From the sequence record PV037725.1: a stretch of 64,000 bases of DNA; one strand, given 5' to 3'. Below are positions 24,743 through 34,857 of the stretch, one piece after another (position 1 is the first letter of the stretch; the number at the start of each line of letters is the position of its first letter). The notes under the pieces were generated by a model, which was given only the letters and a program-made list of their open reading frames with translations, was not told the origin of the DNA and did no database searches. Both the position numbers and the translations under genes were made by a program.

Positions 24743-24744
24743 TA

Positions 24745-25152
24745 ATGGCTAAGCTCAAACTAATTAGTACTAAAGGTGTCACGGCCGAACAATTCGACGG
24801 TGTTCGCAGCTATGGCGCAGCTCTCTGGGCAATCGACATCTGCAACAAACTGATCGAACGTGCCAATCGTGGCGATATCATTTTCTCTTATGAGAATCTA
24901 GTGAAGCCTGAGTTCGAACTGCGTTGGGATAAAGACCTATTCCTGGGGCTCTATCTGAAAGATGATGAAGACGCTTGGGTTCATATCGTCGGTGACGTGC
25001 GTAACGCTGGGATACCGATTATACATGAGGGGATGGTAATTGATATGTCCCCAGGTAAGATCCACTGCACCAAGAAAGACATTCGTGAATTCTTCAAGCT
25101 GTGGCGCACTGCGAAAATTGTTGACGTCACGCGGGCAATTGATTTAGTATAA
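24745..25152 (+). CDS. hypothetical protein (paralogue of 24344..24742)
   Basis: EQFDGVRSYGAALW. Confidence 0.7.
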   Translation: MAKLKLISTKGVTAEQFDGVRSYGAALWAIDICNKLIERANRGDIIFSYENLVKPEFELRWDKDLFLGLYLKDDEDAWVHIVGDVRNAGIPIIHEGMVIDMSPGKIHCTKKDIREFFKLWRTAKIVDVTRAIDLV

Positions 25153-25164
25153 GTCCTGCCACAA

Positions 25165-25205
25165 CATTAGAAACCGTTTTAACGCTATATTACATTTGTG
25201 AATTA
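25165..25205 (+). promoter_or_regulatory. early phage promoter (TATATTAC at 25186-93)
   Basis: ATTAGAAACCGTTTTAACGCTATATTACATTTGTGAAT. Confidence 0.8.
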
Positions 25206-25229
25206 AACATCATCCCTAGGAGATACACC

Positions 25230-25733
25230 ATGGAACAAGTACAAACCCCAGAAGTTGCAGCTTTCGGTGAACTGAACAAGCGCATGAGTGTGCTGATCAG
25301 CAATACCGTACAACAAAAATTCGGTACTCCAGAAGAACGTAAGTTCATGACGGCCCTGACTGACGCCGGTCTCGAATCGGCTGAAGAGATGATCGTTCTG
25401 ATCAACGAAGGTCTGACTTACGAGATCTGGAAGGAATTCCTCGATCGTAAGAACAACCTCGAAGGTCCACTGGGTCTGTTCGAAAACGAAGCTGGTGACA
25501 TGGCTGCGATCATCGAAGAGTTCCGTGCTGGTGATTACCGTGCAGTCTACGAACAGTTCAAAACCGAAGGTGTGTTCACCGTCGAGACTGTCGAAAAAGA
25601 CATCCAGCTGCTGAAGGGTCGTAAAGAATGGGCTGAGCAAATGTGGGGTCGTGAAGACGAACACGCTAAAGCTGCTGAAGTCCTGGCTCAAGTAGCAAAA
25701 GAATCGGTTGACGCCCCAGGCGCCGACCAGTAA
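25230..25733 (+). CDS. acidic hypothetical protein
   Basis: AGGAG RBS; strong phage codon bias; Glu-rich. Confidence 0.8.
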   Translation: MEQVQTPEVAAFGELNKRMSVLISNTVQQKFGTPEERKFMTALTDAGLESAEEMIVLINEGLTYEIWKEFLDRKNNLEGPLGLFENEAGDMAAIIEEFRAGDYRAVYEQFKTEGVFTVETVEKDIQLLKGRKEWAEQMWGREDEHAKAAEVLAQVAKESVDAPGADQ

Positions 25734-25792
25734 TATCACTTAACACATCGGGGGTGTGAGTCCCCCACCTCAACTTAAACCAAAGGTGCTCT

Positions 25793-26317
25793 ATGACTAA
25801 TTCAACTACCAACACTCCGATCTTTGCTGACCTTGTCCAGAGCGCTATGCGCCTGGGTGTCAATCTCGCGACGGCCGCTTTCGAGAAACGCGACATTGGT
25901 TTCTTTGAAGCTGCGATCGCTGAGCAAGGGCGCCTGGTCAAACTGGCTAAGTACAACGTAGCCAACCGCCCAAGTTTCGATGAGTGGACTGTCAGCGCGT
26001 TGAAGGCCGATAGTGAATCCTTCATCCATGCCTACGACACCTCTGGTGAGATTGCTCGCCTGAACAATATCCTGTTCGGTGAACATGGCCGCGAATACTA
26101 CGAGCAATACGTAGTGCCTGCGTTCGATACCACCCCTGAAGAACTGGACGCTCATTTCAATACTCAGGTGACAGCGCTCACCGGTCTGGTCGAATTCATC
26201 AAAAATGATGACATCACTCAAGATGATGATAATGCAATGAGCGATATCGGTCAGCATCTGAATAAGATGTTGGATGAAGCCACACCCGAAGAGCTGGTTG
26301 CAATCCTGAAGAAGTAA
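25793..26317 (+). CDS. hypothetical protein
   Basis: AAGGTG RBS; 174 aa. Confidence 0.8.
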   Translation: MTNSTTNTPIFADLVQSAMRLGVNLATAAFEKRDIGFFEAAIAEQGRLVKLAKYNVANRPSFDEWTVSALKADSESFIHAYDTSGEIARLNNILFGEHGREYYEQYVVPAFDTTPEELDAHFNTQVTALTGLVEFIKNDDITQDDDNAMSDIGQHLNKMLDEATPEELVAILKK

Positions 26318-26325
26318 CTGTTACG

Positions 26326-26359
26326 GCATAAAGCCCCTCCGCAAGGAGGGGCACTATGT
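26326..26359. terminator. bidirectional terminator, GCCCCTCC family
   Basis: GCATA-AA-GCCCCTCC-GCAA-GGAGGGGC-AC-TATGT. Confidence 0.8.
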
Positions 26360-26373
26360 TGTTTCTTTTTTGC

Positions 26374-28668
26374 TTAGAGCGTGCAACCATCTGCGCCGCA
26401 GCTAGCTTGGTTACCCGAGTTATCAATTGCCGATTCCATAGCTTCCAAAGAAAGGTTAGCTGTGGTTTCAGTGTTGAAGTAGTAACGGGTTTTCATACCC
26501 ATCTTCACCATGTAGAAGTAGTCTTTAAAGAGTTCGTTAGAATCGATCTCTTCAGTACCTACGATACGACGATAAAGGTCAGCGGAGATACCTTGGTCTG
26601 TGAACTTCTGGAAGATCGCATAGCAATCGATCAGGTCCTTGGTTGGGATATCCCATGCAAACTGATACTTAACGGCAGGATCGTCACCATACGGGGCAGC
26701 CCAGTACAGGTGATTGTTCTGATCGTTCTTAGACAGAGTCAGTCGACGGATTGGATAGATACTGTTAGCACCACCCAAAGCTTTCGAGCTGGATTCACCA
26801 GGCATGTAGGCAACCAGTACCGAGTGAGCAATACCGCCGTTAGCGATTACTTCAGCACGCAGTTTCTCCCACGGGTAGGTGTAGTCGAAGCTGTTACCTT
26901 CTGGATCGATAATCGAATCAACGTTACGCTGATAGGTATCGATTGGCAACCAACCAGCAGGCCATTTGGTTTTGTGCATCCATGGGGCTAGGCCACGTTC
27001 TTTAGAGATCTCAATCGATGCTTTGATCAGGAAGTACATGTGGCGTTCAGCAATCCAGTGGATCTCACGCTTACCGGCATTGGAAGTGTAGTCCAAACCA
27101 GCTTTAGCCAGGTGAGTAGCCAGACCCATCATGCCAACACCGGCACTCATACGTTGCTTAGCTGTGAACTCCAAGTGTGGGATAGCGTAGGCTGAGTTCA
27201 GGATGCAGTAGTCGATCATCTTCAGCGCGTAGTAGCATACCTTGGCATACTCTTTATCGTTCTCAATGTTCTCAACGGACACAGCAGCCAGAGAGCAGGT
27301 AGCGATCTCACCACGACCATGGTCTTCTTGACTGATCAAGTCTTCCAAGTTGTAGTAAGGGGCAGTCGGTTCAGCGATTTCCATGCACAGGTTGGAACTG
27401 TGGATTGTATCTAGGAACGGAGTATGACGGTTCATCTCATCAATTTGACCAACGTAAGCTACGCCGGTTTCTTGTGCTTCTTTCAGTGAGCGGCGCAGAA
27501 TGTCACGTGCAGACATCCAGTGTTTGGTGAAGGACTCGTCTTGTTCATATTTCTCATAGAGTGCAATGAAGGCTTCCAGGTCTTTACCGTAGAACGCAGC
27601 GTGCAGGTCTGGAGCGGTGAATGGGTTGAATGCAAAGATTGGTTGGTCCAATGCCGCTTTCTTAGCAAAGAACTTGTTGGTCAGCATTGCAAAGTGCATA
27701 TCACGGTTGCGACGGTCTGGGGTAGACAGTGGGTTACGCAGACCTTGGATCATTTCGACTTCTTGGTCGAACGATTCAAAGAAGCAAGTTACTGCACCAC
27801 CACGACCAGCTTGTACGTTAGCCACAATGGATTTACCCATTGCATCGTAATACTTCTTCTTGCCATGGTGAGCAAACAAACCACCACGAACAGCATCACC
27901 TACAGCACGGGTCATGATGTTAACACCGATGCCCGCAGCCATCTGTGTCATTTTGTCGCCAATGTAGTTCCCCATAGCCAGCGAAGTACCATTATCACCG
28001 ACAGCAAAAAGGCAACAGCTAGCAAAACCACGGAGGCGAGTACCAAGGTTAATGTAGTTAGGAGTAGGCGCCGAAAGCTTCTTATAAGCAAACAGCTCAT
28101 AGAAATCACGAACGACTTGAAGACGCGTAGCTTTAGGCTCATTTTCAGCGAGCGCCATGGCCATACGCATGTACGTAAATTGTGGAGATTCATATTCAGC
28201 ACCAGTCACACGGTTGCCCAGAGCGTATTTCTTACGGATCTGATGCAGAGCAAAGTGAGGTTGTTCAAAGTCGAGTTCGTGTTTGATGAACTTCTCAAGC
28301 TTGAGGTAGTCTTGAGTGGTATACTTCAGTTTGACCATCAGGCCATCTTTCTGCATACGCGTGTGCAAAGCTTTAACTGTAGGGATACCATCAGTACCGT
28401 ACAGGTTCTTATGAATCCACACAGCGTACAGCCGACCAGCAAACAGGTAATGTGACCAAGTACGGTGACTCAGGGTGTTCTCGATCAACGCCATCTGGAA
28501 GTCTTGTGACCTTACAGTCTCAGGTAGCGCTTGAATGGTTTCCATCACAATGGAGGACCAATCCACTTTATCCTTGAGGTTCTCAGTACCCCACTCACAC
28601 CAACGGTTAGCTTTCGCCGGGTTGAAAGGTTCTTGAGTTCCATCTAGTTTAATAATGTTCTTGATCAT
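26374..28668 (-). CDS. nrdA: ribonucleotide reductase class Ia alpha subunit
   Basis: ASCCL, SNLCMEI (catalytic N-C-E), ATCSL, TRYY, C-terminal CGADGC. Confidence 0.95.
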   Translation of the reverse strand: MIKNIIKLDGTQEPFNPAKANRWCEWGTENLKDKVDWSSIVMETIQALPETVRSQDFQMALIENTLSHRTWSHYLFAGRLYAVWIHKNLYGTDGIPTVKALHTRMQKDGLMVKLKYTTQDYLKLEKFIKHELDFEQPHFALHQIRKKYALGNRVTGAEYESPQFTYMRMAMALAENEPKATRLQVVRDFYELFAYKKLSAPTPNYINLGTRLRGFASCCLFAVGDNGTSLAMGNYIGDKMTQMAAGIGVNIMTRAVGDAVRGGLFAHHGKKKYYDAMGKSIVANVQAGRGGAVTCFFESFDQEVEMIQGLRNPLSTPDRRNRDMHFAMLTNKFFAKKAALDQPIFAFNPFTAPDLHAAFYGKDLEAFIALYEKYEQDESFTKHWMSARDILRRSLKEAQETGVAYVGQIDEMNRHTPFLDTIHSSNLCMEIAEPTAPYYNLEDLISQEDHGRGEIATCSLAAVSVENIENDKEYAKVCYYALKMIDYCILNSAYAIPHLEFTAKQRMSAGVGMMGLATHLAKAGLDYTSNAGKREIHWIAERHMYFLIKASIEISKERGLAPWMHKTKWPAGWLPIDTYQRNVDSIIDPEGNSFDYTYPWEKLRAEVIANGGIAHSVLVAYMPGESSSKALGGANSIYPIRRLTLSKNDQNNHLYWAAPYGDDPAVKYQFAWDIPTKDLIDCYAIFQKFTDQGISADLYRRIVGTEEIDSNELFKDYFYMVKMGMKTRYYFNTETTANLSLEAMESAIDNSGNQASCGADGCTL

Positions 28669-28775
28669 TCGGGTATTTCCAGTTGAGTGTTTGGTATTGG
28701 TGGCAAAATAGATTCTAACATAAGGTGTATTGCTGAGTAGAATTAAAATCTAGAGTTTGGTTACCGCATATGGTT

Positions 28776-28803
28776 AACTCAATTTGTTTGAGATTTATAT
28801 TAC
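28776..28803 (+). promoter_or_regulatory. early promoter (TATATTAC at 28796-803) with CTCAA-N5-TTGAG inverted repeat
   Basis: AACTCAATTTGTTTGAGATTTATATTAC; near-identical to 57459-57486. Confidence 0.7.
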
Positions 28804-28842
28804 TATAGTGAACCAATCCTAACTATGGCGAAGAGGTGTAAG

Positions 28843-29346
28843 ATGGAAGCTAGTTTGTTCAAACGTCTTAAAGACAGTATGGTGCAATTCAACGTTGGTG
28901 ATATGCTCGATATTCCCCTTGGGCAATACATTGCGGCTAATGGAGATCCCACACAATTTGATCCACCTCCAGTATATCCAAGTAAGACTGGTCCTAACTA
29001 CACACTCATCTCTAAGTGGATGGTAGAGTTGGAGAAACTTAAACCCAATACACCTGAGCGCTGGCTTGCTGCTGGTAGGCTCTTGCAATACATGGGTTAC
29101 TCAGTTACTTGGAAAGGTGATGAACGCCCTGACGTTCACTGGATTAACACTGAGGGTAACGCTGAAGACGAAGCTAAGATGATTGATGATTTCTTCAATC
29201 GTGATTACCTTAGTGAACCGCGCCTTGATCTCTCCCACCTAAGTGGTGATGTGGCTTATGCCAAGATGCAGGAAATGTTGAATTGCTGGACTAACCCAGT
29301 CATCATCTGTGATTCCATTTCTCAAGATTCTACCGAGAAGTCCTAA
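28843..29346 (+). CDS. hypothetical protein
   Basis: GAGGT RBS before ATG 28843 (alternative start 28825). Confidence 0.7.
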   Translation: MEASLFKRLKDSMVQFNVGDMLDIPLGQYIAANGDPTQFDPPPVYPSKTGPNYTLISKWMVELEKLKPNTPERWLAAGRLLQYMGYSVTWKGDERPDVHWINTEGNAEDEAKMIDDFFNRDYLSEPRLDLSHLSGDVAYAKMQEMLNCWTNPVIICDSISQDSTEKS

Positions 29347-29377
29347 ATATGTAATGGTATTTCGTGAGGAACACTAG

Positions 29378-29707
29378 GTGGCTCTTTATTCTGCTTTACA
29401 GCCTCAAGTAGAGGCTAACCAATGGTTCATGAATGGTGATCACCCAGATGATCACACCATCAACCGTATCAACACAGGGCGCGTTGTAAAACGACATACC
29501 TGGTACAAGACAGACAGAGGCACATCTAAATGTAACTTCTGTGACGTACCCCTTAATGATCACGGTCTACTGGGTGATGCTACGGTATGTCCTGGTGACT
29601 ACGTAGTAACCAACCGTAATGAGAAAGGTCGTAAGATAAGCTACACCTTGCTCAAGAAAGAACTCTTCGAATACATGTATGGACCATACAAGGAACCTAA
29701 AGAATGA
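29378..29707 (+). CDS. conserved phage protein with CxxC and CPGDY motifs
   Basis: WFMNGDHP, CNFC...H, VCPGDYVV. Confidence 0.65.
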   Translation: MALYSALQPQVEANQWFMNGDHPDDHTINRINTGRVVKRHTWYKTDRGTSKCNFCDVPLNDHGLLGDATVCPGDYVVTNRNEKGRKISYTLLKKELFEYMYGPYKEPKE

Positions 29708-30240
29708 CATTCATCGCTAAACCTGCTGTACCAGATACCGAAGTACTGAACCACATTGGTCGTGATCTACTCGTCAAAGATGGCGATCAATTCAAATTGC
29801 AACGTAGTGTCAAATGGGTAACCTCTGAAGGCATGGTGCATGACATCACCTTCTCTCAGGCCGATGGTCTGTTGAACATCCTAGACTCGACTCGTGAGAC
29901 GCCACCTTGCTCACCGCTACAGTACCTGATTACCCACTATGGCATCACTGACCTGATTGAACATGGTAAGGATGAATGGGTTGTCCCTGAATACACTGTT
30001 GTCGTAATGCACAATAACAAGACTGTACGCTTTGAAGGGCTGTTGACTCGTACTGGTTACGTAGACAAAGAGTTCACCTTTGCCTTGGGTGGCTTTGACT
30101 TCATTCAACAACTCAGCCTGGCTCGCTGTATTGCTAGCCTGAGCAAAGAGTTCGAACCGATCATTGGTACCTTTGACTGTACGTACAAGTTCAGCTTTGG
30201 TCCTAAAGGCATTAACGTAACTACTGACATTGGTGTATAA
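29704..30240 (+). CDS. hypothetical protein
   Basis: ATGA overlap; 178 aa. Confidence 0.75.
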   Translation: MTFIAKPAVPDTEVLNHIGRDLLVKDGDQFKLQRSVKWVTSEGMVHDITFSQADGLLNILDSTRETPPCSPLQYLITHYGITDLIEHGKDEWVVPEYTVVVMHNNKTVRFEGLLTRTGYVDKEFTFALGGFDFIQQLSLARCIASLSKEFEPIIGTFDCTYKFSFGPKGINVTTDIGV

Positions 30241-30792
30241 ATGAAAATCAGCATGATTCTGGCTCGTGACATCGTAGGTGTAATCGGTGTAGGTAATACT
30301 CTACCATGGGACGTACCTGCGGATATGGCTATCTTTAAGATGGTTACAAAGGGTAAGACTGTGGTTATGGGTCGTAAGACTTGGGACTCCCTACCTAAGA
30401 AGCCACTACCAGGTCGAACTAACATCATTATCTCATCTGAATCAAAATTTAGTGAGGTTGTTGACGTTGACACCCTTAACCAATCGGCTAACGCCAAAGT
30501 TATCCTCACGGGTACAGTTGAAGATGCTATCAGCATAGCTAGAGCTGACGGCGCAGAAGAGGTTGTATTCATTGGCGGTAAGTCGATCTACGAACAAGTG
30601 GTTGGTATCGTTGACGAGATCCACCTGTCTGAACTGAATCTGTTTGCGGATATTGCAGCCAAAGGTAGTGTTGTTTACTACGAACAAGATTTTGAAGAGC
30701 TGGGCTTTAACGAGATCAGTTACGAGGAAGTATTTGATGATGGTGTTAACGTACTGGATTACATCCGCTACGCCCGACCACTGAATCGCTAA
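30241..30792 (+). CDS. folA: dihydrofolate reductase
   Basis: IG.GNTLPW, VVMGRKTWDS, PLPGRTNIIIS, FIGG..IY. Confidence 0.95.
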   Translation: MKISMILARDIVGVIGVGNTLPWDVPADMAIFKMVTKGKTVVMGRKTWDSLPKKPLPGRTNIIISSESKFSEVVDVDTLNQSANAKVILTGTVEDAISIARADGAEEVVFIGGKSIYEQVVGIVDEIHLSELNLFADIAAKGSVVYYEQDFEELGFNEISYEEVFDDGVNVLDYIRYARPLNR

Positions 30793-30796
30793 GACG

Positions 30797-30831
30797 ACAT
30801 ATTGCCCCTCCGTAATGGAGGGGCTTTATGC
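30797..30831. terminator. bidirectional terminator, GCCCCTCC family
   Basis: ACATA-TT-GCCCCTCC-GTAAT-GGAGGGGC-TT-TATGC. Confidence 0.8.
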
Positions 30832-30834
30832 TGT

Positions 30835-31293
30835 TTATTTTTTGTTGTATTCCGCAGTGAATACAGCTTTAAGTGCAGCCGGTGATGGCTTGGTAGGCTT
30901 AGAGTACAAGCGATAGGCGGTTACACCTATTTCAATAGCCTTGCGTCTGAACACGTTTACCTTAGACACACGCATTGCATCAAAGAAAATCTCGTCGACT
31001 TCCTTACGATTCAACTTACGTTTGTTAGTAGTCCAAGTCTCACACAGCTTATCGTGCAGTACAGCACACTGACCGTGTTTACCCCAAGCTGGAATCAACC
31101 ATTGTAGGAACTTAGGTACGCTCGCACCATCAGATAAATAACCGCGTTCAATTTCTACAATCTCATCATGGTCATGACTTGAGTAGAATGTGAAGCCTGG
31201 ATCAATCCAGTAGTATTTACCATTTAAAGCCTTAGATTCCTCTTTAGCTGGTGTGGTATGAAGTTCGGCTGAGAACGACGTAAATGTAGACAT
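30835..31293 (-). CDS. DUF1353-family protein
   Basis: GYLSDGASVP...AVLHD motif; follows the terminase. Confidence 0.75.
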   Translation of the reverse strand: MSTFTSFSAELHTTPAKEESKALNGKYYWIDPGFTFYSSHDHDEIVEIERGYLSDGASVPKFLQWLIPAWGKHGQCAVLHDKLCETWTTNKRKLNRKEVDEIFFDAMRVSKVNVFRRKAIEIGVTAYRLYSKPTKPSPAALKAVFTAEYNKK

Positions 31294-31307
31294 CTGAGTT
31301 ACCTTAA

Positions 31308-33500
31308 TTAAACAATGGCCCTTTGGCCAACAAACCTTGCTGGAGCATGGCGACTAGAATCACCAAACCGGTTACTGCGGATCTTACGAACGCGCTCATC
31401 GTGCACTTGCTGGATCATCGCGTCGATACCCATACCATGAGCCTCGTCAACATCGATCCAACGCGAGATGGCCCTTAGGCGCATTTCTAGCTTGGTTGCC
31501 AGCATGCGGTTAGGTTCACCTTTAAGGCGATCGATCAAGTCATCGAATTCTTTACGGTATTTAGCGTTCTGATTGTCACGGAACACTTCAACATTAGTCG
31601 GTTCAACATCTCGGGTCTTAGCCTTAATGAAGATCGTCTTAGGATTGATACCGTAGTAGTCAAGGTTCTGACCACGAATACAAGTCCAGTGCGCCAACAA
31701 CATAGATACCACCATGTCATCGTGTTCGTCTGAAGTATGGTCAATACGACCGTTCTTCAATACGAGTGCGAGCATCTCAGTAATGAGCTGTTTGTCGTTC
31801 ATGTTACGACCACCGATTGCAACCGAGTTACTCAGGGAATCCTTATACAAGGCATTACGAGAATAACGGCCACCACCGGAAGTGTTGAAACCGAAGTGAC
31901 GTTTGTAACGATCGTAGAACTGTGGAGTACGTTGTGATACAGGTGTAGTACGAACGATCTCGTATTCAGTCTCAAGGATGTTAGACTCATCCACAACCCG
32001 GTTAAAGATCCTGCGGAATGGATCAATCCCTTTAGAGTGCAAGATCAGGATAACGATGTCGATCAAACTGATACCAGTAGACTTACGTTCTGGAACCCAA
32101 GTGATGCCAGGGTATTTAATCAGTAGATCAGCAATGAAGGTTGCGAGTAAAGAAACCGAAGTCTCATTGAATCGACCAGCGAACAATACTTCATGTGTCT
32201 CAGCATCAATACCTACTAAGCCAGTGGCGTCAGTATCAGGGCCAAGCAATTCACTAGGGTCACAACCCATTACGACATGACACCTAGCCATACGGTCAGC
32301 AATCTCGTGCTTAGGAATGTACCAGCGAATCATGTAACCGTTTTCAGTGTGTTCGTTGTATTCAGAATCACGCATTGCTTCTTTAAGGATCTTCTTCTCA
32401 CCGTCAGTCAAAGGAGAACCCTCACCACCGACGGTCCAGATATTAAAGAAGTCTCGGTCAGCAATCTCACCACTCGATGCAGACTCACGTAGAGTACGAT
32501 ACAGCCACAAGTCATCACGACCTAATTGACGATGGTTAAACGAACCGTAGATCAGTGGGGTTTTACCTGTAGTCCCTTTCTCTACTACCAGCTCAACGGC
32601 CGCTTGGTTAGCCAGGTCAAAGTAAGACTCAGTCCAAATCGCCCCACCTGTCATGAACTTGTGGGCAAAGGCTCCGTCCCGTGTGGTTACGTTACCCGCA
32701 GTCGTTGTGAAGATGTTACCAAAGAACTGTCCTTGCCGTCGTGCAGCATCACGTGCTGCGGATGCACCCGCCATTGCTACCGGAAGACTTTCGAACATCC
32801 GACTAAGGTATGCAAATTCGTCGAACTGGATAATAGGTACAGTAAGACCACGACCCAGTCGGTCAGCGGCCATCTTGTCGTTACGTGCAACAGCAGTTTT
32901 GTAACGGTTATCCAGACGTACGCAAGTCAGGGTTTCGGAGTTGTCTGTGTCGTTCTTATCGATCATGTCGATATAGTCCGGCAAGAGTTCTCTCATTTGT
33001 TTTAGTCGCTCGATGTTAGCATCGCGCAACTTGGCATCTTTTGTGATCAAGTTGATTACAGTCTTGAAGCCCCAGATGAACATCAAGCCAACCATCAGGA
33101 CGTCCGTTGATACTGACTTACCGGTCTGACGTGGTTGGAGTAATCCAAAGTTAATGTGATTGAAGAAACTCCAGTACAGTGCAATGTTGCCACGATTAGC
33201 CAAGAACGGTGATGGTACCGGACCAGACTGTGGAATACGAGCAACTTCCCTAAAGTAATACCACGGGTTAAATTTACATTCGTAGGCGATTTTCGCCTTA
33301 GTCGTAAGATCCAAATTATCAGCGTATGGATCAACACCCGAAAGCTCTGGTTGTAATAAGGCCAGATGGAACTTCCAGTTTTTAACTTTGAGTTCATCGC
33401 GGTACAAGTGAGCTAACTTAAGGAAGGTGTCGTTTCTGGTATTAAAATCGGCATAGACTCGGAAGCGTTTCCAGTCAGACTCGAATAGAACAATATCCAT
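31308..33500 (-). CDS. terL: terminase large subunit (phiKZ gp25-like)
   Basis: Walker A QPRQTGKS, Walker B IIQFDE, nuclease GCDPS...DATG and HDDMVVS. Confidence 0.9.
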   Translation of the reverse strand: MDIVLFESDWKRFRVYADFNTRNDTFLKLAHLYRDELKVKNWKFHLALLQPELSGVDPYADNLDLTTKAKIAYECKFNPWYYFREVARIPQSGPVPSPFLANRGNIALYWSFFNHINFGLLQPRQTGKSVSTDVLMVGLMFIWGFKTVINLITKDAKLRDANIERLKQMRELLPDYIDMIDKNDTDNSETLTCVRLDNRYKTAVARNDKMAADRLGRGLTVPIIQFDEFAYLSRMFESLPVAMAGASAARDAARRQGQFFGNIFTTTAGNVTTRDGAFAHKFMTGGAIWTESYFDLANQAAVELVVEKGTTGKTPLIYGSFNHRQLGRDDLWLYRTLRESASSGEIADRDFFNIWTVGGEGSPLTDGEKKILKEAMRDSEYNEHTENGYMIRWYIPKHEIADRMARCHVVMGCDPSELLGPDTDATGLVGIDAETHEVLFAGRFNETSVSLLATFIADLLIKYPGITWVPERKSTGISLIDIVILILHSKGIDPFRRIFNRVVDESNILETEYEIVRTTPVSQRTPQFYDRYKRHFGFNTSGGGRYSRNALYKDSLSNSVAIGGRNMNDKQLITEMLALVLKNGRIDHTSDEHDDMVVSMLLAHWTCIRGQNLDYYGINPKTIFIKAKTRDVEPTNVEVFRDNQNAKYRKEFDDLIDRLKGEPNRMLATKLEMRLRAISRWIDVDEAHGMGIDAMIQQVHDERVRKIRSNRFGDSSRHAPARFVGQRAIV

Positions 33501-33538
33501 AACGGACCTCGGTTTTAAAGGTTATAGTACATATGATC

Positions 33539-33579
33539 ACATTAGAAGCCGTTTAAAGCCTATATTACTTTTGTGAATT
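33539..33579 (+). promoter_or_regulatory. early phage promoter (TATATTAC at 33561-68)
   Basis: ATTAGAAGCCGTTTAAAGCCTATATTACTTTTGTGAAT. Confidence 0.8.
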
Positions 33580-33602
33580 AATCACTTTGATAGGAGATCA
33601 AA

Positions 33603-33722
33603 ATGTACTATAACGAAGAATTGGGTCGTGAACAATCTGCAACCGAGGTTGTTTGTGGCATTGTTTTGGCGGTAGTTGTAGTGGGTACTGCTTGGGCATT
33701 CCTTGAATGGGCTTGTGAATAA
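33603..33722 (+). CDS. small single-TM protein (39 aa, not in ORF track)
   Basis: AGGAG RBS; MYYNEELGREQSATEVVCGIVLAVVVVGTAWAFLEWACE. Confidence 0.65.
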   Translation: MYYNEELGREQSATEVVCGIVLAVVVVGTAWAFLEWACE

Positions 33723-33736
33723 TAAAGGGGTTGTTG

Positions 33737-34345
33737 ATGGCTAAGTGTTACGAAGTCCCACCTCTGAAATCAAAGAAAGAGTGGGCGGAGTATCTGGACA
33801 GTCCTGCGGCATGGGCTTACTCCTATGCACCGAGAAAGAACTACATCAAGAAACATTCGTGGAGTATTCTTACCACTGAGGTTGCTCACCACCTAGGTAA
33901 GTTCCTAAGTATGTTTGACTTGGTGATTGAACCATTTGCTGGTACCGGTTATCTGGCACACCACCTGCGTGAAGCAAGTGGCCTCGGTAAACGCTATCGC
34001 GCGTATGATGCATGCTTGTCCCACTGGGATGAGGCAGAACGTCCGAACTATGGTTTCACGAAGTCAGGTGTATTCAACACCAATATCAAGAAAGCTGGTT
34101 GTGTGGTTATGTCTTGGCCTAACTACAATCAGAACTTGGCTTACCGTATTGCACGGAAGATGGTTTCTGGACAGTATCTAGTGTACCAAGGTGAAGGTTG
34201 GTCTGGTTGCACTGCCAACGATGAGTTCCATCAACACCTTGATGAGGCTTTCGAGGTTGTAAGTGGGCGTAGTTTTCTGGTCGACCAACATGGTCACCGC
34301 TGGCCAGGTATGTATGATACCTGGACAATCTATCGTAAAATTTAA
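33737..34345 (+). CDS. class I SAM-dependent methyltransferase
   Basis: Motif I EPFAGTG, AYD at end of beta2, SWPNY, GEG..GCT. Confidence 0.7.
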   Translation: MAKCYEVPPLKSKKEWAEYLDSPAAWAYSYAPRKNYIKKHSWSILTTEVAHHLGKFLSMFDLVIEPFAGTGYLAHHLREASGLGKRYRAYDACLSHWDEAERPNYGFTKSGVFNTNIKKAGCVVMSWPNYNQNLAYRIARKMVSGQYLVYQGEGWSGCTANDEFHQHLDEAFEVVSGRSFLVDQHGHRWPGMYDTWTIYRKI

Positions 34346-34355
34346 GGAGTTACAC

Positions 34356-34742
34356 ATGACTAAAGAACAGCGTGTTTCGCGGGAAAAAGCTGACATTCGT
34401 GATCGTTTGATCAAAGCGGTATTCGAGCCTTTGGCGCATACCCACGAAGATGCCATGGAATCGCAGATCGGTAAAACCTTCGAACATCTCGGACATCGGT
34501 GGTCTATTGATCGTACTTGCAGTATCTGGACTATCGCCTGCGCTGGCGCAAGTAACTGGAATGTCAGCTTTGATATCGATTGGCGTACTGATTCGTGTGG
34601 CCTGCTTTATAAAGCTATTGATACTTTTACGGTGGACTACGATATCATCGAAGATACCGCAATGCATCTCAAACAGGCTATTCAGTTTGTAGCTGACTTC
34701 CTGGCCACCTATAACCCGGACGGTACCCTTAAAGAGGATTGA
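34356..34742 (+). CDS. hypothetical protein
   Basis: AAGGAG RBS, ATG 34356. Confidence 0.7.
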   Translation: MTKEQRVSREKADIRDRLIKAVFEPLAHTHEDAMESQIGKTFEHLGHRWSIDRTCSIWTIACAGASNWNVSFDIDWRTDSCGLLYKAIDTFTVDYDIIEDTAMHLKQAIQFVADFLATYNPDGTLKED

Positions 34743-34744
34743 TC

Positions 34745-34849
34745 ATGAAACGTAAGAGCAGAGTACCTCAAGGAGAAACTAAATGGATTGCCCTGTTCTT
34801 ACTGGTCGATCTATTAGCCTTAGCGGTTATGCCGCTCGCATTTGTCTAG
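34745..34849 (+). CDS. small single-TM protein (34 aa, not in ORF track)
   Basis: GAGGA RBS; MKRKSRVPQGETKWIALFLLVDLLALAVMPLAFV. Confidence 0.5.
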   Translation: MKRKSRVPQGETKWIALFLLVDLLALAVMPLAFV

Positions 34850-34857
34850 GAGTTAAC

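Noticed and set aside
26374-33500. Inteins or introns in nrdA and terL
   Set aside because: Both ORFs are uninterrupted, of normal length, and have no C/S...HN intein ends or LAGLIDADG/HNH motifs.
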